In this document: in pieces, positions 9,143 through 16,297 of the stretch
Layout: every line of letters starts with the position of its first letter
Numbering within the stretch: the first letter of the stretch is position 1
Origin: a virus
Reading direction: 5' to 3' (one strand)
DNA: 64,000 bases
Virus record (IMG/VR): IMGVR_UViG_3300028394_000002
Coordinates: 1-64,000 of that record
Made by a program: the position numbers and the translations under genes
The notes under the pieces: generated by a model
Told to the model about the DNA's origin: nothing
The model's database searches: none
The model's input: the letters and a program-made list of their open reading frames with translations, nothing else

Positions 9143-9250
9143 TTGTTTGTTTGTTTTTTAATTAATAATTAATTTTAGGTTAAAATAAACATCACCCCAC
9201 CTCCCAGCGAGATGTTAAAGGACTCAATACCTAAAAGGTGATGTTTTGTT

Positions 9251-9448
9251 TTATAAATGTTTTTGATAATATTCATCTAAAGATAATGGAGCTAACCACC
9301 AATGAAATAGCATTATGTAAGTTCCAAACCAAACTGGATCACTTATAATACTTTTATAGTCAGTAAAGAATAAGCCAAATGCTGATAATGCTAGATAATA
9401 AGTAGCAGTCAGTATAAGATAGAGAAAAATGTAAATTATTACTTTCAT
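9251..9448 (-). CDS. Hypothetical two-TM membrane protein
   Basis: 65-aa hydrophobic ORF. Confidence 0.7.
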   Translation of the reverse strand: MKVIIYIFLYLILTATYYLALSAFGLFFTDYKSIISDPVWFGTYIMLFHWWLAPLSLDEYYQKHL

Positions 9449-9483
9449 AGGAATTTGTTTTTAATTGTTTTTGTTTATAATTT

Positions 9484-9714
9484 TTAGTAAGTATCTATTT
9501 CAGTAGCATCGCATTCATCATATTCATCAGAATGGTAATTATTATTAAATTCATTGGCCATATCACCATTGAGTTTAAATTCAGTTCTCTTTTTATGCTT
9601 GTTACTATTGTTCACAATCATTTTAAGAGTATTACGTAGGTGATTAATATCCATATTATCTATAGATATTAATACACCATTACGTTGTTTCCAGTAAACT
9701 ATTTTATTGCTCAT
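9484..9714 (-). CDS. Hypothetical protein (WKQRNG..NMDINHLRN motif)
   Basis: 76-aa ORF, acidic tail. Confidence 0.78.
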   Translation of the reverse strand: MSNKIVYWKQRNGVLISIDNMDINHLRNTLKMIVNNSNKHKKRTEFKLNGDMANEFNNNYHSDEYDECDATEIDTY

Positions 9715-9922
9715 TTGATTGATCTTCTAAACCATTAAGCTCACATTCGTTTTGTAGTATACCTTGGTAATCCCACAATGTCATTATTTCTCCAATAACC
9801 CAACCACGCATAGAAAATTCTATTTGAGCTGAAATAAGAGATTTAGCATAACAAGAATCTAACTGACAATAACTGTTATTATCATCATCTATTAATACAT
9901 AATTTTCCATTTTGTTTTGCAT
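9704..9922 (-). CDS. Hypothetical acidic protein
   Basis: 72-aa ORF. Confidence 0.65.
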   Translation of the reverse strand: MQNKMENYVLIDDDNNSYCQLDSCYAKSLISAQIEFSMRGWVIGEIMTLWDYQGILQNECELNGLEDQSNEQ

Positions 9923-9969
9923 ATTATTACAACTTGCCAGTTGCTTTTTAAATTGTTAGTAAATAAATG

Positions 9970-10600
9970 TTTTTATCATTCTCGTTAGGTTTCTTACAGC
10001 CTCTACACCCTTTCGAAGGTAGCTAAGTGGATTTAATGTATTATTCCAAGGTTCACTCTAATGATTTGTCTGGTTTAATGTAAGTCTTACATTCAATTGT
10101 TGCCTATAACCAGATAAAATAGGGCTTTTTGTAATTTTGTGTTTTACATCTAAAACTATCCCGAACACCCTTGTCTTCATAGTGAGTAAGGTTATAGTCC
10201 AATTGGATAGAAGCTGGTGCTCTCAACAACTTGAGAAGTTATTAAGTTTTTTAATTTGCAGGTTGTTATCACTATGCAACTGAACACAATAGTTTAATGT
10301 GTTGTAATGGCTTTACACTACTTTATGCATAACTATCCGTTTACAAGGCTATCGGAATACCCAATCCTTTGCACTCAGTTGTAATAGCTTACATTAGTTC
10401 AATGACTAATAATAAGTAATTAATACTCTTGAGTCAAGCTCCGCTGATAAACTTCACAGTGTTATCAAGTATCAATATTTTTACTATTACAACCGCTAAC
10501 CCTAAGGTTAGTGCATTGGAAAAGAGCCTTTTTAGTAATGTTACAGGCTCTTATCTAAACAAGGTTATGTCCTACCAAGACACCTTGTTATAAGTTTACG
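9970..10600 (-). ncRNA. Candidate large structured ncRNA, or cluster of structured RNAs
   Basis: ~840-nt gap with no ORF of 60 aa or more, containing at least 8 helices including a 12-bp long-range stem 10376-10387/10484-10495. Confidence 0.5.
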
Positions 10601-10760
10601 AGCTACTAAATAGTTGATAATTCTATTTATGGTATGCTACTTTTTGAATTTGTTTGCATTATACACACATTATCATCTGTGTCTTTTTCTGTAAGATTTG
10701 AAACTTAAGGATTATCCCTAAGCTGTAAAATTGGAAGCTTTAAGGTTTACCAACCTGTAA

Positions 10761-11018
10761 TTATTCTACGCAAATAGTTCTTACCCACAATTTACCATCA
10801 AATCTTTCTACATAAGTATCAAGACCTTGACTTAAAATTGCACAACCTACTTCAAAGTTATCTTTTGGTTTTCTACCATAAATAATGAAGAAAGTTTCAT
10901 TAAGATAATTCCAACCTTTTCTGCGTTTAGCAGTAATTGGAAAATATCTGCGTAATCCTCTTGAATGTTGTTTAACAACAGATTGAAGAAGCATTTTTTG
11001 TAAGTATTCTGGTATCAT
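10761..11018 (-). CDS. Hypothetical protein
   Basis: 85-aa ORF. Confidence 0.7.
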   Translation of the reverse strand: MIPEYLQKMLLQSVVKQHSRGLRRYFPITAKRRKGWNYLNETFFIIYGRKPKDNFEVGCAILSQGLDTYVERFDGKLWVRTICVE

Positions 11019-11090
11019 TGTTTTAAGTATTGTGCTTTTACTAAACTATCTTATGATAGAACCTAGAAGCAATTAGTTTTTTGTTAATTA

Positions 11091-11197
11091 AAATTGAGCA
11101 TTGCAACCTTCGGATTAGCTAATGGGTTTCAGTGCATTATACTACATATTGACCCTCTTATGGGTTGTTATCATTGTAGTCAAGTCTTGCTCAATTT
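11091..11197. ncRNA. Candidate branched structured RNA/DNA element
   Basis: Perfect 10-bp closing stem AAATTGAGCA/TGCTCAATTT enclosing two sub-hairpins. Confidence 0.4.
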
Positions 11198-11227
11198 AAG
11201 CTATATAATCAGATGAGGAGAAAATGA

Positions 11228-11259
11228 GTTAGATAGTTAGTTAGATAGATAGATAGATA
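11228..11259. repeat. Short (TAGA/TAGT)n tetranucleotide tandem repeat
   Basis: gttagatagttagttagatagatagatagata. Confidence 0.7.
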
Positions 11260-11276
11260 AAGGGCTTTCGCCCTCT
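11257..11276 (-). terminator. GNRA hairpin after the first leftward gene
   Basis: AGGGC-GAAA-GCCCT then TTATCT on the minus strand, following TAG TAG TAG. Confidence 0.5.
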
Positions 11277-11280
11277 ACTA

Positions 11281-11463
11281 CTACGCTTTCCACTCAATTC
11301 CACTTGCTACTTCACTTGGTATATTTAATACCTCACCCTCTACCAAGGGCTCAACAGTGGTTACAAAAGCCTTCATAATAAAACCTTCAACAGTTTTAGT
11401 AATTAATGCCCAATTCTGACCCTTTGATGTTAATCCAACCTTTAAAATTGTTACTTGTTTCAT
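11281..11463 (-). CDS. Hypothetical protein, first gene of the leftward block
   Basis: 60-aa ORF with triple TAG stop. Confidence 0.7.
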   Translation of the reverse strand: MKQVTILKVGLTSKGQNWALITKTVEGFIMKAFVTTVEPLVEGEVLNIPSEVASGIEWKA

Positions 11464-11621
11464 AATATTTATTATTATATTCTACACTTTCTATAGGTGG
11501 TAGCTTACCTGCAATGTTTCAGGTGGGTGGGCAAAGCTTTAGGAGGTACTCATTCACATACCCTCACTAAATTTTTCTAAAAAATTTTAAAAATTTTACT
11601 TTTATAAAAGATTTAACATTA

Positions 11622-11657
11622 TTTGGCTTGACAAGTGTGATTTAATTGTTATATTGT
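11622..11657 (+). promoter_or_regulatory. Putative host-RNAP promoter for the rightward block
   Basis: TTTG/TTGACA (11628-33), 16-nt spacer, TATATTG (11650-56). Confidence 0.45.
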
Positions 11658-11661
11658 ATAT

Positions 11662-11975
11662 CGTAACACAGCCAGTAAGATGACAGCTTACGAGTTAGTA
11701 TCGGGGAATACTCTTAAAGAGTAGGAACCTAGAAGTTGGATAGTAAGAGTAGACAATTGGTAATCAATTAGTTGAAATGAGGTTTCTCCAATAGTTACAC
11801 AATAGTTAATTTAAAGTAAGGTGTGTTACTCAAGGGTAAAAAATAACAAGATCTTGGATTTATTCAAGGCTCCCTAATGGTCATGATTGAGTAAGTAGGC
11901 TAAAAACGGACACCTGAAATAAAATTTTAACTAGAATATAGCGAAGTGATTTAGTTCACTAGGGGATTCTATTCT
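11662..11975 (+). ncRNA. Candidate structured ncRNA or 5' leader (~310 nt)
   Basis: ORF-free, higher GC than flanks, nested helices (see findings), starts right after the promoter-like motif. Confidence 0.45.
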
Positions 11976-12025
11976 CTAATATGAACAAAAGCTATATTAA
12001 ATAGAAAGAATTAAACAATTTAGGA

Positions 12026-12409
12026 ATGATAGAGATAAAGATTGATAATTCTAAATCTAAGGTTATAGAGCAATACTATACTTTAGTTAACCCTTTACTA
12101 GGGAAAAATAAACTAGGCCCAGTACAATTGAAGGTACTCGCAAAGATGGCTCTAGTATACAATAATTACATACATCTTGGAGAAGACGTAGCTAATATGC
12201 TACTGTTTAGGAAGGAAGCAAGTGCCCAAATTAGAGAGGCTGTATCTAAGGATCTAGGTACAAGCTTTAATTCTGGCGCTTACTCTCATATCTTATTTGG
12301 TTTAAGGGGAAGAGGTTTTATTACTAAGACTAAGATTCTTTACCTTCCTCCTATTAAGGATAAGAAGATTGAGATTAATATTAGGCTAACTATTGTAGAA
12401 GATGAATAA
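12026..12409 (+). CDS. Putative winged-helix DNA-binding protein
   Basis: QIREAVSKDLG..SGAYSHILFGLRGRGFI pattern resembles a wHTH; first gene of the late block. Confidence 0.55.
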   Translation: MIEIKIDNSKSKVIEQYYTLVNPLLGKNKLGPVQLKVLAKMALVYNNYIHLGEDVANMLLFRKEASAQIREAVSKDLGTSFNSGAYSHILFGLRGRGFITKTKILYLPPIKDKKIEINIRLTIVEDE

Positions 12410-12659
12410 TAGTAAGTTTATAGATCCAATACTTAGAGAGGTAGCTAAGGAACAAGGTTTACCTCTTTATGTAATACAAGAGATATATGAATCTCCTTTT
12501 AAGTTTATGAGGGAAGATACTAAGATAGTCGGTAATTGGAAGACTTATCTTATTCAAGGGTTAGGTAAATTTAGACCTGTTGTACCCATACTAAGAAAGA
12601 TTAAGAACGGAGAAGAAATTAATAACTTTGTTAAAAAGAGTAAAGATGAATCAAAATAA
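12402..12659 (+). CDS. HU/IHF-like DNA-binding protein
   Basis: ILREVAKEQGLP...YLIQGLGKFRP pattern; typical crAss position upstream of terminase. Confidence 0.7.
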   Translation: MNNSKFIDPILREVAKEQGLPLYVIQEIYESPFKFMREDTKIVGNWKTYLIQGLGKFRPVVPILRKIKNGEEINNFVKKSKDESK

Positions 12660-13101
12660 ATCTAAGAGTATTGAGGTTATAGAGATCAACGGTATAACAG
12701 AAATATCTGTTTACCCTAGATTCTTAAAAGGAGAAAAGCCTACTAAGTATACTCCAAGTATAATTACCCTAGTAGGGGATAAGATGATTATTAAATTAGA
12801 TTTAGATCTAAATATAAAGATAGATGAGGAAGATGATACTTTAGGTATTAACCTTTCAAGTGAAAAGAATTTCTCTTTAAATGGTATTTGGTATACTAAG
12901 AAGCAGCACATTGGATCACTATCTAGTAAGGTAGATAAGTTTGTAGATGATGATGACGAAGATAAGTTTGAGTTTGAGTATATAGTTAATATAACTAGCG
13001 CTAGTGATAGTTGGGGTATAAGAACTAAAGATGAGAAAGCTCAAGAAGAGTTATTAGATATTTTAACTAAATGGTATTACAATGAGCAGCAGTTATACTG
13101 A
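12628..13101 (+). CDS. Hypothetical protein (likely start ATG 12646)
   Basis: 157-aa ORF. Confidence 0.7.
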   Translation: MLKRVKMNQNKSKSIEVIEINGITEISVYPRFLKGEKPTKYTPSIITLVGDKMIIKLDLDLNIKIDEEDDTLGINLSSEKNFSLNGIWYTKKQHIGSLSSKVDKFVDDDDEDKFEFEYIVNITSASDSWGIRTKDEKAQEELLDILTKWYYNEQQLY

Positions 13102-13402
13102 GATTGTAGAGGGTTGGAAGAATGTTATATTCCCTAATAAGAAGGTAGAATATATTGCTAAAGCAAGAGCTTTAATATGTGCTGAGTGTCCTTTAAATGT
13201 ATTAGGGATATGTAGCCCTTTAAAGAAAGGTAAGGTTGTTAAAGACTTTATATATAAAGGTAAGACAAGAAACGAGGGAGATGAATATTCAGGATGTGGG
13301 TGTCCAATATCTAGCAAGACTAGAAGCTTAGAAAGTAAGTGTCCACTAGGTAAATTCTTAGAAGCTACTCCAGAAGAAATTGAAGAAAGTAAAAACAAAT
13401 AA
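13082..13402 (+). CDS. Cys-rich putative Zn-binding protein
   Basis: RALICAECPLN...C...GCGCPISSK...KCPLGK. Confidence 0.75.
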   Translation: MSSSYTEIVEGWKNVIFPNKKVEYIAKARALICAECPLNVLGICSPLKKGKVVKDFIYKGKTRNEGDEYSGCGCPISSKTRSLESKCPLGKFLEATPEEIEESKNK

Positions 13403-13411
13403 ATAAATTAT

Positions 13412-13753
13412 ATGACTAACGAGCAAGGGTTAAACGGGATTAAATTATTCAACAGACAATTAATTGTAGAAGTACCTCAAACAACAGTAAGCGGTATTAT
13501 CTTAGCAGGGGGTACAGTAACAGTAGATAACAAACCTTTGAAGGTTGTAGCTATTGCAGATGACGTAACTAAGTTTAAAGTAGGTGACTATGTATTAGGA
13601 GCTGGAGCTATTATGCCTCTAACAGTAACTGATATGGAGGGTAAAATTAATGAGTATATCTTAATCTATGAGTCTAGTGTTTATGTAGTAGTAGATAAGG
13701 AAGTAGTTAAAGATGCTTACTTTGGTACAATTAATAAGGGTCATAACGATTAA
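13412..13753 (+). CDS. groES: GroES-like co-chaperonin
   Basis: LFNRQLIVE..TTVSGIIL mobile loop; VVAIADDVTKFKVGDYVL. Confidence 0.8.
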   Translation: MTNEQGLNGIKLFNRQLIVEVPQTTVSGIILAGGTVTVDNKPLKVVAIADDVTKFKVGDYVLGAGAIMPLTVTDMEGKINEYILIYESSVYVVVDKEVVKDAYFGTINKGHND

Positions 13754-14274
13754 TGAAGGTATTCCAACAAAAGGATAATAATGTAATTGTTTCTCCAGAG
13801 ATACTAACTATACCAGAGTTTAGCGCTATTTGGAAAGCTGATAAAACTAAAGATAAAGTAGAGGCCTATAAAGCCTTTACTTTTATCTACCACTTTGTAG
13901 ATTATAATTCTCCTTACTCTAGTTACCCTAGGGATAAGAAAGAAGCTACTATTAAGCTAGATATGTTAGGTGATGCTAAGTTTAAAGTATCCCAACCTAT
14001 CGCAGATGCTTTAACTAAGTATAAAGAGTTACAAGAAACTCCTCTACAAAGGTTGTTACAAGCTGCTAGAAATAAGATAGATGATATTGCAAGCTACTTA
14101 GAAAATACTAGCGTAGACGATGAGTCTATCAAGTTAATTCTAGAAGTATATAAGAATATATCAACTGCTGTTGGTAACTTTGATAAGTTACAACAAGCTG
14201 TAGAAAAAGAAACTGAGAAACAAACTTCTAGGAATAGAGGTGATATTAATGTTAATAGTAAGTATAACGAGTAA
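13753..14274 (+). CDS. Putative terminase small subunit
   Basis: Helical 173-aa protein coupled (TAATG) to TerL; C-terminal RNRGD tail. Confidence 0.55.
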   Translation: MKVFQQKDNNVIVSPEILTIPEFSAIWKADKTKDKVEAYKAFTFIYHFVDYNSPYSSYPRDKKEATIKLDMLGDAKFKVSQPIADALTKYKELQETPLQRLLQAARNKIDDIASYLENTSVDDESIKLILEVYKNISTAVGNFDKLQQAVEKETEKQTSRNRGDINVNSKYNE

Positions 14275-16232
14275 TGATGCTAATAGGAACTAATCAATTT
14301 TTAGAAACTAGAGAGCACTTTGAAAAGACAGGTAGCTATACTAAAGCTTTAGTAGGGACTTACCAATATGATGAGTTTTGGGATGAACAAGTAAGACGTT
14401 GTATGGACGGGTATTCTGTAGGTAATCTATGGATACCTGGTACATACTATTTTTATTTAAACTTCTTTACTATCCTAGGTAAAGATAATATTACTGGTAG
14501 AAAGAAAAAAATATTCCCTAGATTTACTGATGTGGATTTAGAATATTTTTTAATACTAGACCAAGCTAGAAGAGAGAAGAAAGGAGTTATTATGACTAAG
14601 CCTCGTAGAACTGGATTCTCTTATAAGAATGCTGGTGTAGTAGTACATGAATATAACTTCTATAGAGATGCTAAGTGTGTTATTGGGGCTTATGAAAAGA
14701 AGCTATCTGAGAACACAATGAATATGTCTTTAGAAGGATTAAACTTTCTAAATAAGAATACTGTATGGGCTAAGCCGCGTAATCCTGATACAAGGGAGCA
14801 TGTTATGGCTAGACACCAGAAAGTAGTAGAAGGAGTTCCTCAATGGGTAGGATATAACTCAGAAATTAAAAGATTAACCTTCCAAGATAATGCCTTTGCT
14901 TCAATTGGTCTAACAGCCAATATATTCCTATTTGAAGAAGCGGGTCTATTTGCTAATATTAAAGAGTCTTACAATATCTCTGAACCTACATGGAAAGATG
15001 GGGATTCAATGGTAGGACTTCCAATTCTATTTGGTACTGCTGGAGATATGGACAAGGGTTCATTGCAGTTTGCTGAGATGTTCTATAATCCTGAGAAGTT
15101 TAACTTACTAGCGTTTGATAATATTTGGGATAAAGAAAAAGTAGGTTCTCAATGTGGATGGTTTTTACCAGCTTCAAGACAACGCTTTGGAGATTACCCA
15201 GATCCAGATAATAATAATAAATTAACTCCTCTAGTAGATGCTGATGGTAACTCTAATGAGAAGCTAGCTCTACTTTCTATTATGAAGTTTAGGGAAACCA
15301 AGAAGGGTGATATGAAAGCATTTAGAGATGCTATTACCCAGTACCCTTTAAACACAATGGAGGCTTTCTTAGTAAAAGGTAATAATATCTTTCCTACTGA
15401 GTTAGCACAAGATAGAAAAGCTGAGCTAGAAGGAAGTAAACTTATTACAGATAGTTACTGGAATGCAGACTTAAGGCAAACACAAACGGGTATAGAGTTT
15501 AAGTTATCTGATAGGTTACCTATAGTTAAGTTTCCACTACAAGCTGATGATGATAAAGAGGGTTGTGTACAAATCTTTGAGCAACCTTATGCAGATAACC
15601 CTACCCATGGTACTTATATAGCTGGTATTGACCCTTATGATGATGATCAATCAACAACAGACTCATTAGGTTGTATATTTATTATGCATGCATTAACAGG
15701 TAGGATAGTAGCTGAATATACAGGCAGACCTCAGACAGCTAAAGAGTTTTATGAGATATGTAGAAAATTAATATCTTACTATAATGCAATTTGTAATTAT
15801 GAGAATAATAAAAAGGGATTATTTGCTTACTTTGAGCAAAAAAATTGTTTACACTTATTATGTAACACTCCCAAGATTCTTAGAGATCAGCAGATTATAT
15901 CTGTAATACGAGAATCAGGTAATACCTCTAAAGGTACTAATGCTTCTAAAGAAGTTAATAAGTATGCTAGGATGTTAATTAGAGAGTATATGTTAGACCA
16001 GGCTTATAATCAAGAAGTAGGCTTAACAAATACCCATACTATACCAAGTGTTCCATTATTAAGTGAGATTATTTATTGGAATGAAGATGGTAACTTTGAT
16101 AGGGTAAGTGCTTTAGGTATGCTACTTATTCTTAGACAAGATAGAATAAAAATAGTAATAGAAGAAGACGAAGAAGAAAAAGATAGCTTTAACGAATTTT
16201 TTGATAGGTACTACCGAGGAAAAGCTATATAA
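14274..16232 (+). CDS. terL: Terminase large subunit
   Basis: Walker A-like KPRRTGFSY, Walker B IFLFEEAG, coupling FGTAG, nuclease YIAGIDPY and GNFDRVSA. Confidence 0.95.
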   Translation: MMLIGTNQFLETREHFEKTGSYTKALVGTYQYDEFWDEQVRRCMDGYSVGNLWIPGTYYFYLNFFTILGKDNITGRKKKIFPRFTDVDLEYFLILDQARREKKGVIMTKPRRTGFSYKNAGVVVHEYNFYRDAKCVIGAYEKKLSENTMNMSLEGLNFLNKNTVWAKPRNPDTREHVMARHQKVVEGVPQWVGYNSEIKRLTFQDNAFASIGLTANIFLFEEAGLFANIKESYNISEPTWKDGDSMVGLPILFGTAGDMDKGSLQFAEMFYNPEKFNLLAFDNIWDKEKVGSQCGWFLPASRQRFGDYPDPDNNNKLTPLVDADGNSNEKLALLSIMKFRETKKGDMKAFRDAITQYPLNTMEAFLVKGNNIFPTELAQDRKAELEGSKLITDSYWNADLRQTQTGIEFKLSDRLPIVKFPLQADDDKEGCVQIFEQPYADNPTHGTYIAGIDPYDDDQSTTDSLGCIFIMHALTGRIVAEYTGRPQTAKEFYEICRKLISYYNAICNYENNKKGLFAYFEQKNCLHLLCNTPKILRDQQIISVIRESGNTSKGTNASKEVNKYARMLIREYMLDQAYNQEVGLTNTHTIPSVPLLSEIIYWNEDGNFDRVSALGMLLILRQDRIKIVIEEDEEEKDSFNEFFDRYYRGKAI

Positions 16233-16290
16233 TCACAAAATTTATTTTTAGCTAATTATAGATTTATACGTTACTTACTATATAATAGTA
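16222..16290 (+). promoter_or_regulatory. Conserved late-gene upstream motif, copy 1 (before portal)
   Basis: AAGCTATAtAATcacaAAATTTATTTTT, then TATATAT box ~56 nt downstream. Confidence 0.55.
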
Positions 16291-16297
16291 CATACAC

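Noticed and set aside
9923-12025. CRISPR mini-array or DGR template repeat in the non-coding tracts
   Set aside because: No regularly spaced direct repeats and no AAC-rich copy of the 5742-5858 sequence seen by eye.
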